Origin: Spirogloea muscicola
Lineage: Eukaryota
Length of the DNA: 64,000 bases
Assembly (NCBI GenBank): GCA_009602725.1
Contig: WELB01000024.1
Span: 382,120 to 446,119 of the forward strand
Direction of reading: 5' to 3'
Shown here: piece by piece, positions 11,515 to 24,440 of the stretch
How the letters are laid out: every line of letters begins with the position of its first letter
How positions within the stretch are numbered: position 1 is the first letter of the stretch
Translations under genes and position numbers: made by a program
The notes under the pieces: model-generated
Told to the model about the DNA's origin: nothing
The model's input: only the letters and a program-made list of their open reading frames with translations
Database searches by the model: none

Positions 11515-13094
11515 CGTGTATGTTGTGACTTATTACTAACCGCTGCGCTGGCTTCGGAACCACAATTCGCTTTGCTCCTCCTGCTTCGGAGCTTTTCTGT
11601 GCGAATTCGTCTTTGCAAGTGCGTCGCTTAAGCAGATTGACGTATTCTGCAGTACCAGTACGTGTAGAGAAAGGCTCAAAGGGCTTCTGCTGTATGTGCA
11701 GCCTCGGAAAAAAGCTCGTCCTGCCTCATGTCTTCAAGATGTACTTTGATTATAGAGGATGATTGAGGTGTTCAGGCTGCCGCTGTCTTAGACTTTCTCA
11801 GCTGTTGTTTTGTTCATGGCAAAGATTGAAAGTGGGAGTGTGGCTAAGGAAAGTCAGGTGGTTGTCACGGCTCACAAATTTGGCACATGGCAGCTACGGC
11901 ACTGCACGCCAGACTTGATAATGATATCGCAAGATATCTGCAAACTTGCAAAATTTGTGCTGGTATGAATTTGTACAAATTGATTAGACTGTTTATTTTA
12001 CAAGAGCTGTTTGCCTGTCTGTCTGTCGTGCTTGTATTTTCTAGAGCCAGTCATTGAGCCTCTTCATCAGCTTAGTAAAAGCTCATTTTGAACAAGTTGC
12101 CTTGCAGCATAGCACAACAATAGAAAAAATTCCAACTTTGGATGTACGCAGAGAAGAAATGCAACGGGACCGATGTCATTTCATCATGAAGCTTGGACAA
12201 CCCATTTACCGAGAGAGGCCAGCTTTTTTACTCAATTTTGACGGCAATGACATTGTTGCGGTCGACTTATGCCACGGCGGCCATTACTACAGCAGAGTGA
12301 AAATTTGAGCAACGTAACTTCCAGCTGGACCCTAGCAATTCCTCCTAAATTGGTGAACTGTGAAAGAGCAAGTAACCCAATGAAATTCACTTGAAAGTAC
12401 AAGACATGAACACGTACGACCTGCGGAGCCAAGCTTGAAAGTTAACATGCTTAAGCTTAAAGTTAACGGCTTAAGTTACCCTCAGGTCGTTAACAAGCTT
12501 CATGTCAACCAAGTCTCTTAGTGGCTTGTAATGAATTAGCATCATTCAAAATTGAGCAAGCAAGCCAGCTGACTTGCTTCTGCCAACCTTGCAAGCACGT
12601 GGCTAGCCACTTGTACAGCTCATTATGTATGCCTAGACCTGCAGAGGTAGATATAAGACTGTATGATGCTCCATAAAATCAGTGGACCACAACGTGGATA
12701 GGCTCTTGGAAATCTGACTAATGGGTAGCTCACTGCATGGTGGCAAGTGAGACATCTCATCACTAAGTAGGATGCTTATGCTGCAAGAAACCCTGTACAT
12801 AGGTTGGGAATACGTTCCAAACAACTCACAACTCCAAAATTACTAGCATCCCATGGCAAAGCCAAAGAAAAAGCAGACCCAGAGATAAGTCATCGACACA
12901 AGCGGCCAACCATGAACATCAGCAGTCACCTACCTGAGTTTTCAAATCTCAGATAAGCAGAACTCTAACCTGTATGCCTGTTGTTGCAGCAAGCAGATTC
13001 GGCCTGGTGATTGGGAACTTTGGACTAATCTTCCAACCAGTCCACAAAGCTTCAATCTCTGCAAGAAATAGTGAAGGTGACTCACCCTCCATTC

Positions 13095-14566
13095 TTACAC
13101 TCCTGGCAATGTCATGGTGTTGACAACAGCCAACACCTCGCTGGCTTTGATGCTGGTCGGCGTGTTCTTGCTGCCAGAGCCCCAAATGTGGTAATAAGCC
13201 AGGCCACAGGCGCTGGCGAGGTAGCTGAAGCAATTATTAACATATTCACGCGGCTGAATTTCCAATACGCTTGCACCCTCTGGGAGGAAGACCATGTTGG
13301 TCATATGCCCGCCATGCACGGCCACAAACAGGCAAGCTGTGCCAAAGAGCTCCCTCGCTTCCAGGATCTCCATGGCTCCGTCAAACAGCACGACGCGGTG
13401 CAGCCCAAACGAATCTACCAGGCCAGCAAGGATCTCGTCGTGCTGCACGAGCTGCCGCGTCTTGTGTCGCACACCGAGGATCACACGCCAGCCACTACAG
13501 TGGTCGACAGGGCAGGTGCTTGGTGCTGCATCTAGCCAAGCCCACAAAGAAGCCTGTGAAAGAGCGCAGGAGCCTTGGTTGCGGCGGCTACAACCAGCAC
13601 AACCAGTCAGTGCTGTCGCTGCCGGCAGTAGCGGCAGCACATACGTGCGCCTGAAGTAGGACAATTGCGCCCTGCTCGGCTGCGCGCACGGTGGATAGAC
13701 TGGAACGATGACCGTGTCGGCGTAGAAGACCTCGTCCCGCCCAATCTCGTACGAGTTCATGCTCTCAGGTGCGACGCCAACTAGCGGCAGGAGGCTGCGG
13801 TGCAGGCGTGCGCCCTGACCGATGCGGAAAGCCGTCGGGATGCCGGGCAGCAGCGCGCGCAGAGGCTCCAGGGCGAGCGCGGCCATGAGCACGTCCGCGA
13901 GCGCGTGGTAGAAGTCGCCGCCGTTCCAGTGGGCCAGACTGAGCACGTCGCGGAACCGCGTCACGCGGGTGCCGTTGCCGGTGGCGGCGTGCGAGAAGGG
14001 CATGGCGCAGGCGCAGCCGCCCTTGTTGAAGACGTGGGTGTCGTTAAATATTGCGCCGACGCCGTTGACGTACACCGAGCGCACCATGACCACTGTCCCC
14101 GCGAAGCGCGCCACCCGCAGGCTGCCGTGCGCGGGATGGTCGATGCCCCCTATCTCGGCGTCGACCAGGTGCGAGTTCCAGCACGACTGCACGGCGGGGT
14201 CGTCGCTGCAGCGACCAAAGCGCGGGCAAGGGGGCGCGCCGCGACAGGCCAGGCGGCTGCTGGCGCTGTCGGCGCAGGGCGCGTCGCCGAAGTGGGCGAG
14301 ATCGATGTCTGTCAGCTGGCTGCGCTCGACGGGCTGCGGCAGCCAGCCACTGGAGGCCGGCCCGAAGCCCCGCACGGGGCCGGGAGCCAGGCCGCGGGCC
14401 CGCCACAGGCCGTCCAGGAGCCGATGCCCGGGCGCCGCCGCGACCGGCAGGCCGCCGCAATTGGCACTGGAGTAGGTACCGGCGAGAAGCGCAGCTGCAA
14501 GAGCTGCAGCGACGGCGGCGGCGGCGGGGCTGTGGCGATGGTGCGCGCGCGCCGGCCGGGCGGCAT
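13095..14566 (-). CDS. Glycosyltransferase family 61 (DUF563) type II membrane protein
   Basis: Intronless ORF with FYHALAD, HGGHMTNMVFLPEGASVLEI and FSYLASACGLAY motifs. In-frame hydrophobic AAAAVAAALAAALLAG upstream. The nearest ATG (14566) is out of frame, so the 5' end is uncertain. Confidence 0.75.
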
Positions 14567-14990
14567 GGATGCGCCCTGCGGCGGCACCACGGCCAGCTCG
14601 CTGGGTCTTCGCAACTCTAACCCGCGACTGCTCAGGGCCTGTTCACACGTGGTCGCCTGGTCGCGTCCTGGGGTACGTGTCGCGCGTTGTATGGAACGAA
14701 CGGGCTTCACAACCTTGCGCGCCCGGTCGCGGTCACCCGCCACGAGGGCGCCACATCGGACGCTGACCACGACGACTTCTGCCCCGGTTAAGGAGGAAAC
14801 GGCGCCGTGTGCGACGAGGGCGGTCAAAATCGGGCCCTCCTCCCGGAGGAGGGCCCGGCTTTGGGCCTGTTTACACTTGGTCACGCGGTCACGCACGTGC
14901 TGACCGCGGGGTCAAGGGTCTGGTCACCGCCACGGAGGCCGAGGCCCGGCATTGGCGCCGGCACCCGCGCCGGCATTCGCGGCGGCACTC

Positions 14991-15034
<44 letters not shown>

Positions 15035-15039
15035 AGACA

Positions 15040-16081
15040 ATGAGCGGCAGCGGCAGGGCCCGGCGCGGGGACGATGGCCTGGACCGGCTGGTCGTGTTCC
15101 TGGCCAAGCGCGACGGNCGCGCGGGCGCTCCGATGCGGCGGCGCGCGCCATGGCTTTCGCCGGCGGCTGCGGCGTCGCGCGCAAGGCCTTCCGGTCCGGC
15201 CGCTTCCTGAGCGGCTTCAATGCGCTGCGCAAGAGCGCCGCCGGCCCAACTAGCACGCTCGCTATCCTCAACGTCCTGGGCCACAGGTCCGCCCAGTGGC
15301 TGTCCCATGGTCCCTTCTCACGCACCATCGTATATGGCCATTGCTTGCCATTGCCGCCATTGCAGCCATTGGGCTTTCCCACCACGCCATTCACACCGTG
15401 AATGGCGGCATGGCCGCCGGCTTCGGACGCTCGTTCTTTCCGCGCAGCGGCGACATGGTGTACTTCCTGTTCGACCACGTGTGCTGGGTGGCGAAGCTGG
15501 GCCTGCTGGACGCCAAGCACGGCGCAGCCGCCAGCTACATCTCCGCATTCGGCGAGTGCGTGGAGTACGTTGCGTTCGTGCTGGCCGACCTGCTGGGCCT
15601 CGCCCAGGAGCGCCACGAGGAGCGCCAGCTCCTTGCTAGGCTCTGCAGCGAGCACCAGCAGCCGAGGCTACCGCCCGCGGCCACCTCTGCTGCCGAGCTG
15701 CAGGAAAGCGGTTCTGAGTCTGCTGCCTGCTGGACAGCAGCCAGACCTCGGCAGCGGCTGCCAAGCAACACCTCTCTGGTAGCAGGGCCCCTGTCCCTGT
15801 CGTCGTCCAGACCCTCGCCGACGGCGACGGCAGCAAAGGCGGCAGTGCCTTCTCACGAAGATAGCCTGCAGAAAAGTGAGGCGTTGCAGGCCATGGTGCT
15901 GCGCATCCGCACAGCCCGCACGATGCGCTTCATGTCCATCGCGGCCAACACTGCAGACTTGATCATTGCGCTCGCCGAGGTGGAGCCCAACCCCGTCTGC
16001 TGCCACCCTCTTGCGTATGGCATTAGCGGCCTTGTCTCCGCCTGGGCAGGCTGGTACCGAAACTGGCCAGCAGCCACCTGA
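15040..16081 (+). CDS. PEX11B: Peroxisomal membrane protein PEX11 (PEX11B type)
   Basis: LDRLVVFLAKRDG, RKAFRSGRFLSGFNALR, SGDMVYFLFDH, ISAFGE and GISGLVSAWAGWYRNWP* match plant PEX11B. One intron ~15287-15447. Sequence is missing at the N at 15117. Confidence 0.9.
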
Positions 16082-16388
16082 CACTTAGATTAACACTTGG
16101 AGCCTTCTGATTATTACCCAGTGAACACGCACACTAACAGACTCTCTCCTTCAGCATATAGCATGTGTAATCTACTGGAGGGGCTGAGGTGGCATGGTCA
16201 GCGGACCCCTGTTTACGCTGTGGCACATGATATAGATTGCTTGCGGGATCTAATGACATGATGCCACATGCACAAGCACACACATGAGCTGGGCTACGCT
16301 AGAGCCTAGACGTGTTAGTGCGCTTGCAACATCAGCTGGACGTGAAGATCCAGGGCAAGCTCAGTGGGCTGTGAACCAAGCCAAGTTC

Positions 16389-19300
16389 TCACTTGGCTAC
16401 GGGACCATTGTCAACTTTTAGCCGCTTGCCAGCTGCCTGTGCAATAGAGCTGTTTCTGCGAGCAGACGCAGCACCTCGCTGTCTGGGAGTTGCCGTCCTC
16501 GGTTGCTTCCCAGCAGCTGCGGGCTTGATGTACTTGATAGGCTCAATAATAGCTCCAGGCGTCGTCAAGATCTACAACCGAGCAGTCACAGGAAAGTGGC
16601 AGGCATCAACACATCAGAAGCAGCTGGTGCTCGTTGTTTGTAACAGGCACCTGGTGCCTGCACTCGCAAGGATGACATCATGTCTTGAATTGCTGTAAGC
16701 TTAAGCACAGCAGTGGCACTCACAGCAGGCCGAGTCATCTCCCGGAAAGCCGCGTCCGTGTTGAACTTGCGACCATTGGGCGTCCGCAGGCTGCTCTCGA
16801 AGGCCTCCTTGGACGTAAATGGGTAAGGCAGGCTGCTGCTGTAGTAGTGGGCCGCCTGCATGAGCACCAGTCCTTAATATGGGTATCAACTCGCTCAGTC
16901 GACCAAATTGTAAGGGACATGAAAACGACAAGCTCTACACCATTTTTACAGTAAGTCCTCCTGCCCCTTATTCACTACTAGACCTCAAGGCCAATGGAAC
17001 AAGCTTCAGGGAAACAGGCAGGTGCATCTCTTACTATGGCGCCTGCTACCAAGATGCTGTCGGTAATCATGTCTGAAAGAGACGCAAGTTCTTTGAAAGT
17101 GTGCGATCCTTCAAGAGGGTGACAGCCCACCTTCTTGTTGACCTTCTCGCAGATGATGACGTGCTTGAGCTTGGCATCCTTGCGGCGGGCGAGGGCAGCC
17201 GCACGCTTGCGCTCGAGCTCGGCTCGCTCACGCAGGAGCCACGCAGGGGGGCCACGCCTCTTCTGCACGCCCGTCCACTGGCCCCACCCAGGCAAGCTCA
17301 CTGGCCCCTCGACGGCCGGCACCTCCTCCGCCAGCGCCGCTGACTTGGCCTCCGCGAACTCCGCCTCGACGTCATCCCCCGCAAAGGCGCGCCGGATGAG
17401 GTCCCGCTGCCCTGCTTCCGGCTGCAAGCCCTGGTCGAAGAGCTCGTCGCTGCCACTGCCGGTCTCATCGTGAGTCCCCTCCTCCTTCTGAGGGTCCTCC
17501 GGCGACTCAGCTTTCCTCGTTCCCACAGCAAAACCACCATCCACCTCTGCCTTTCCCTCCGGCCGTCCTGCTGCCGCCATCGCCTGCTGTGACTGCTTCC
17601 GTCTCAAGGTTTCAGCAGATACCGTTTTTCTCTGCACAGTTGTTGCAGTGCTGTGCACCAAAGCTGCGGCGATAGAGCCGGCCTCAACATTGCCGCTCGA
17701 ACCATGGCCGACGGTCGCCTCCTTGGCAAGGTCGCCCACATCGACCGCCTCTGCGGCAACGTGCTTTGTTTGACTGCCGCTCGGAACTGATGGATCAGTC
17801 TTGACATCAGGCCTGGATGAAGCTTTGGCACGTGTAGTCGCATTTGCAGGGGTGTCCCCTTGCTGGCTGAAGGGCCGAGCACTGTCGAAGGCAACCGGCA
17901 CAGCGAGTGCGCCAGCAGCCCAGGTCCGGAAGTCCGGTGCCTCAGCTGCCTCCTGCAGAGGCAGCCCCTCGTCACCACCAGACATTGTTATGGTGGCGGG
18001 GACCGTCGCTGAGCGCTGCGCGACCCTCGGAGCCCCCTGGGCCTCCCTCCTCCCCTCTTGCTCACAGAGCTTGGCAACCTCGCTGCCATCGCTATCGCTG
18101 GCCCCGTCAAGAGCCATGCTGCGATCCCCATCCTCGTCCTCGTCTCCATTCTCAGCAGCCTGCGACTTGTTTCCAAGCGTGAATACCATTCTGCCGCTAA
18201 CACTGCTCTGATCTCCTCGCCTGCTTGCAACTTCCTCCTGCTCCTCCACATCCTCCAGGCGGCCTGTATCCACAGCCTGCTCGAGCTCTTCCAGTGTGGC
18301 AGCCGCGTCCTCCTGAGCCGCCTGCCGCTTCCGCTCAATCGCTTTTGCCTGCATCAAAACGTCAGGAAGCAACTTCAGCAACTCATGCCGTGTTGCCATA
18401 ATAGGTTGTGGCAACCCTTCCACGACACGGTCAATACAGCAGCGAGAAAAAACAACGACTACGACTCTACCGTTGTCAGCTGTAATTGCTCGCCATTCTT
18501 ACCATGAATGGGAGTGCAAAGAGGCCTGTCGGCGGGACTGCGTCACCGCGGCCCTCCTCCAGGGCTCGCATCGCCGCAGCCTTGACCTTGGCCACTGCCT
18601 TTCTTGCCGACGAGCTCAGAGCAAGGGCGCTGCTGCCGCTGTTGTCCTCGCCGACGCCGCCACTGTCATCCTCTTTCGCCTGATCCCCGCCGCTCTCACT
18701 GCCGGTGCTGCCACCCTCCTCCTCCTCCCCATCCTCGGCATCACTGCTGCCCAGCGTTGCCGAGTGGACCTTGCGCGTGAGCGTCGCATGCGTGCGCAGC
18801 TGCTCCGCAATTGCCTCCCGGGTGCCCTCGCCAGCAGTTGGATGGGCGGCTAGGCCGCGCTGAAGGATCCGCCGCGCCCATCGAGAAGTGTTTCGGTGCT
18901 TCAGGGTCATGCGCTCCTGCAGTTACAAGGGTCTGTCGTCAGCATATAACACGACTAATCTGAGGCTTTATATTACTGCAGATTGTGTGGAGACCCAGTC
19001 CTACCCTCTGCTGCTTATTGATGGAAGTCACTTAGTGTGCATGCTTCACTCTCGAGTAACGGGCTCTTTCTGGAGCAGAAGCTGGCCGACCCTCCTGACC
19101 TGGGCGCGCTTGAACTCCTCCTTGACGGCCACCTCTCTGGCAGCCTCGGGGTCGAGTGCAGTGTCCTCCATTGCGGCGCTGCCATTGCGCCGCCGCTGCT
19201 TCTGCAGCACGCGGTGGAAGGCCTTGGACTTGATGCGCCGCACGCGCCGGGCGCGCACCTCGTGCTGGAACAGCAGGCTACGCATGCGCGCTAGCCGCTC

Positions 19301-20947
19301 CTGCCGCTCCTGCACCTCCTGCACTGTCAGCTGCAATAACAACCACTCCGAGCACACTCTCAGCCATCTGGAGGCGAAGGTCATCCATGCGTTGAAGCTG
19401 ATCGGCACCAATCGTCACTTCATGTGGACTCGCTCCTGGCTTGACTGCAATCTGAAAAGTCGAAGAGCTCAGTCTCTGAGTGGATGCAGATTGATAAGTC
19501 CTGTTTGCAACGTCCTGTCCTAGTGGGATGACACGAATCTCACCTTGTTAAGCTCGAGCATCTCGCCAGCCTCAACGTCGCATTCGTTGCGGCGACTGCT
19601 GGATGCAAGCAGCTCAGCAACGCGCTTCTCCATGTCAGTGGCCGGCACGAACTGGGCGGCCATAGTGGCCGTACTGCGGGGCGGCGCGGCCTGGGAGGCT
19701 GGGCGCGGCACGGCGAGGTCGAGCGTCGGCGCCTCCCTGTTGGCCTTGACGAGCGGCTGCCAGCGGGACACCTCGTCGCGCGACTGCTCGTAGCCCGCCA
19801 CACGCTCCAGCCGCTCGCGGACCGGCGTCGGGAGGGCCGCTCGGACGGGGCCGCCACGGCGCGCCAGCTGCTCCATGCGCTTGCGCAGGCGTGCGTTGGC
19901 CTCGCCCGCCTGCGCCAGCGGCGCCATGAGGTCCTCGACGGAGAGCCCGCCGGGGGCGGCGCCCACGTTGTGCTCCGCCTCCGGGAGTGCCTCAGACTGC
20001 ACCGAGCGCGCCACCCGGCCGACAACGCTCCTGATGCCTGTCATGAAAGTAGTTGGCAAATGCAGCGGCGGCCATGAGCAGAGGCGTTGCGTGCTTCGTG
20101 GGCATGATCGCAGCACCTTGAATTTTAAGCTCGCTTTGATATTCAGTAGCCATGTCCTTGGATGAATTCATAACTCTTTTATTGGCTTCAATAGTGTTTT
20201 CTTCGTTTGACGAACGCCCGATGCTCAGCACGCCGAGCGAGGGCGCCACCCACCGTCTGGCCTCGGCGCCGCGCGCCCAGTGACCTCACTGAGCATCCGG
20301 CGGTGCCGCTCGTCGTCCTCCTCCTCGCCGTCCTCGTCGTCGTCCTCCTCGCCGTCAGAAGCGTCCGTGCCATCATCGACGCCCTCGTCCTGCTCCGTCC
20401 TTCTCCCCGCCTCCTCCTCCACCTCCTCCGACGGCCCCTCAGCCTCTTCCCCATCCTCCTCATCGTCAGCCTCGCCGCGACGCCCAGCAGCGGCAGGCGC
20501 CGCCGCCTTCCCGCCGTTCCTAATCTCTCCATCGTCGTCGCCGTCGTCCTCGATGTCGGGCTCGCTCTCCTCCTCCTCCTCGTCATCGCCACGCAGCCTC
20601 TTGCCGAAGGCCAAGCCGCCGAATCGGGCCTCGTCCTCCGCCGTGAACGCCTCGTCCTCGTCGATATCCTCGTCCTGAGCCGCCGCGGAACGCCCGCCGC
20701 CACCGCAGACAACGTCAGCGAAGCGTCGGCCGCAGCGGGGCGCACGGGCCGGCCCTCGACCATGGGCTGCCGCAACGGCCGCACCTCGAACTCGTCCGGC
20801 AGCTGGTACTCGTAGACGTCGACGTCGTCGTAACGCCGGTTGGCGGACGTCTCCTCGGCCGCCGCCGCCTCCTCGTACTCGTATGCGTCCCCCTCGACGG
20901 CGCCGCCGGCCACCGCCGCGTCGCCGCCGCCGCCCTCGGCCGGCGGC
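16389..20947 (-). CDS. UTP14: U3 snoRNA-associated protein 14 (SSU processome), 5' end in gap
   Basis: RMRSLLFQHEVRARRVRRIKSKAFHR, ERMTLKHRNTSRWA, RRAFAGDDVEAEF, LPGWGQWTG, LPYPFTSKEAFESSLRTP and GAIIEPI motifs across spliced exons. Acidic N-terminus. Confidence 0.9.
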
Positions 20948-21692
20948 NNNNNNNNNNNNNNNNNNNNNNNNNNNNNNNNNNNNNNNNNNNNNNNNNNNNN
21001 NNNNNNNNNNNNNNNNNNNNNNNNNNNNNNNNNNNNNNNNNNNNNNNNNNNNNNNNNNNNNNNNNNNNNNNNNNNNNNNNNNNNNNNNNNNNNNNNNNNN
21101 NNNNNNNNNNNNNNNNNNNNNNNNNNNNNNNNNNNNNNNNNNNNNNNNNNNNNNNNNNNNNNNNNNNNNNNNNNNNNNNNNNNNNNNNNNNNNNNNNNNN
21201 NNNNNNNNNNNNNNNNNNNNNNNNNNNNNNNNNNNNNNNNNNNNNNNNNNNNNNNNNNNNNNNNNNNNNNNNNNNNNNNNNNNNNNNNNNNNNNNNNNNN
21301 NNNNNNNNNNNNNNNNNNNNNNNNNNNNNNNNNNNNNNNNNNNNNNNNNNNNNNNNNNNNNNNNNNNNNNNNNNNNNNNNNNNNNNNNNNNNNNNNNNNN
21401 NNNNNNNNNNNNNNNNNNNNNNNNNNNNNNNNNNNNNNNNNNNNNNNNNNNNNNNNNNNNNNNNNNNNNNNNNNNNNNNNNNNNNNNNNNNNNNNNNNNN
21501 NNNNNNNNNNNNNNNNNNNNNNNNNNNNNNNNNNNNNNNNNNNNNNNNNNNNNNNNNNNNNNNNNNNNNNNNNNNNNNNNNNNNNNNNNNNNNNNNNNNN
21601 NNNNNNNNNNNNNNNNNNNNNNNNNNNNNNNNNNNNNNNNNNNNNNNNNNNNNNNNNNNNNNNNNNNNNNNNNNNNNNNNNNNNNNNNNNNN

Positions 21693-24297
21693 GATCGCCT
21701 GACGTCGCTGCCGTGGGAGGTGCTGGAGCGCATCCTGGCGGCGGCCTGTGCCGGCAATGGTGTGCAGGCCTGCCGCCTGGCCGCAGTCTGCGCCGCCTGG
21801 CGGCCGCTGCGGGCCTGCCCCGCGCTCTGGCGCTCCGCCAGCTTCGCCCGCGCGCGCCCGCCCGACGCGGCGCTGGCTGCGCTGGCCGCCTCCGGCGCCT
21901 TGGCCAAGCTCGCCCGCCTCCAGCTCAAAGGTGGGCCTCCGCCATGGCGCCACCGCGGCCGTGAGCTTGGTACTCGAGTGGCGCAGCTGGATCCAGTTGC
22001 GCCGCTAGCTGAGAAGCCGATGCCCACTTTAGCTCAGCGCAGTCTGCGCCAAGCGGAGCCGGTCATCCAGGCGAGGACCCACTTTGTTACCGTCGCTGAA
22101 GTGTGCATGCTCTGACCGCGAGCGTGGCTTTGCCGCTTTCACGGCGGCGGCGGCGGTGGCGGCGGCGGTGGCGGCGGCGGCATCGACGGCAGGGGTCGGG
22201 GTCACGCCCCGTACGCTGCAGCTGATTGGCGCCTCCTGCCCACAGCTCGAGTTCTTGGACATCTCCGACTGCCGCCTGCTGAATGGCCCCAGTACGCGCC
22301 ACTGCCTGCACGCAGGCGTGCTTCTAGTAGTGAGGCTGTCTCGACAGTAGCACATGCCGTCATGGCTGTTGATCTCCACCCTGTGGCTGCAGACACCATG
22401 GCCGCCACTGCTATCCTTGCGGTGGCCACTCAAGGTCGCCAGCACTCTCCATTGCATGTGCAGGCATCTCGGCGGTGGTGGTGGACCTCATGCCCAAGCT
22501 CCGAGCCTTCAAGGCCTCGCGTATGGGCGACATTGTCACAGATGCCACCATGAAGGTGCTCCTAACCGCTGCCCCGCACCTCGACGAGCTCCGCCTCAAG
22601 AGCTGCCACACGATCGGCTTGGCGACGCTGCGCGCCATCTCCCACAGCAGCCAGGCGCCCAACCTGCGCGTCCTCGACCTCTCAGGTTTGCCCAGAGCCG
22701 CTTCCAGCTCGAGCTGCACTACGTATCTCCTCGGTCCACCTGCCTCGTCTGCAGATTGTTGACAGCGACGCAGCACTGAACCATAGAGATCGTCATGGCT
22801 TGCTGTTCTCCTCAGGTGCTGCCACAGACAGGCACGCGATGGTGCCACTGGATGCGCTGCAGCTGGCCTGCCCCAACATCGAAGTCCTGCGACTCTCGGG
22901 GTTTGGCGGCATGTTTGGTTGGGTGCTACAGCGAGGCCACTCAGGCCCGCGCTTGCTCCAAGCAAGGCCTGGAGCGCCAGCTGAGGGCGTGGCTGAGCCA
23001 GCACCAGTATGCTTGGCTGGCGGCCGGGCAATGCAGCAAGACAAGGCGGCATGGTCGCTCCTCCGCGAGCTCACGTTGGGGCGGGCATCGACTATGCTCA
23101 ACACAGGCATGCGTCAGGGGTCGTCCTTCGTGGATGACTCTGTCCTCGAGCGCTTTGTCCGCAACTCCACCAAGCTGGAGCACTTGGACATTTCAGGTCA
23201 ACGTCAAGCAGAGTTAACCTGCACTTAGCTCGCATCCGGGATCTTTGCCGCATGAAAAGAGGTTACCTCCTTCTTGAAGTGTCAACATTGCACCCTCAAG
23301 CTGACTTGAATTGATCGTCTTGTCTGCTTTTCTAGGTTGCACTCGCATCACCTCCGAAGGTTTGATAGCCATTGGTCACCTCGCGCCACTCAAGTCCCTA
23401 AGCATGGCAGGGAGCGCTCACGACGGCACGGTCCAGACAGCCGTCCTCTGCTGGGGCAACAGCCTTCAGGAGCTCGACATCAGCGGGAGCGTGCGCGTGA
23501 CGAGTGCCTCCACTCGGGTCATCACCGAGCACTGCAAGGTGCTGACCTCGCTTTCCCTCGGCGGCTCTGCCGTCTGCGAGGAGGACGTCCAGGCAATGGT
23601 TGCTGCAGCTGCCCTGCGAGCCTCGCTGCGGCGACTGGACACCGTTGGCTGTCGTTCGCTGCCACGGCAGCTTCGCCTCCCCGTCTCCTCGTGCCTCTCT
23701 GCATTCACAGAGCAGGCAGAGGACGACACCGGTGGCGGTGCTTGTGCCAAGGCAAGCCCGGAGCTCGTCACTGTAGCAGCGGAAGCTGTTCTCGCAAGGC
23801 ATGCCACTGCAGCAGGCGGTTGCAGGGAAAACATGGTGGACGATGTCACTCCCAAATTTTCTGAGGAGCTGGGCGACTGCGGCTCTGCTGATGGACTGGC
23901 TCATACACACCATCCAGTTGAGACAATGAGGGGATCGGTGGAAGCCGTGGGAGACTGCCAGAACAGCACGAGGCGGAGGAGCGCAAGGGTAGGGTCACGG
24001 GAGCACGGGACTGCCAAGCTCAGGCCCTCGGTCAGGATGGCAGCGGCGAAGCCTGCACCCCCAGTGGCAGAGTGCACAACGACAGGGAGGGAGGAGCTTC
24101 CTGACAGAAGCTCCGGGCCGACATACTTCTCAGCACGGGAGAAAGTGCGGAGGTCGAAGCGGCTGCCCACGTGGCTACAGCCAGCCGTGCACTCTGTGCT
24201 TGGGCCGAGCACTGTTTGCATGCCGACTGCAAGCCACAAGCGGCAGCGCTTTGGGGCACCTTATGACGAATCTCAGGACCTTGACTATGTCCCATGA
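21693..24297 (+). CDS. F-box / leucine-rich repeat (RNI-like) protein, 5' end in gap
   Basis: F-box-like LPWEVLERIL...LAAVCAAWR. Repeated LxxLDIS/LDLSG LRR units (LEFLDISDC, LRVLDLS, LEHLDISG, LQELDISG). Multi-exon. Confidence 0.75.
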
Positions 24298-24440
24298 CAT
24301 CTCATACTGTACATTTGAATCTCAATACCAAGGACAATCTCTCCAGAACCTTAAGTCAGGAAGTGCAAAGGCTTGCTGATGGCGTGATTAAGCTACTTCT
24401 GGGCTCCTCAGCAATCTTCAGAAACTATTCCCTTGAGCTT

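Noticed and set aside
12431..12500. Cluster of AAGCTT/GTTAAC/TTAAG palindromes forming an imperfect hairpin
   Set aside because: Short, AT-rich and single copy in the window. No TSD or partner terminus identified.
13800..14903. 367 aa plus-strand ORF and similar antisense ORFs over GC-rich exons
   Set aside because: Shadow ORFs from high GC3 codon usage on the opposite strand. No recognisable motifs.
20948..21692. Long ORFs spanning the N gap (374-600 aa)
   Set aside because: Artefacts of translating through Ns. The flanks belong to two divergent genes.
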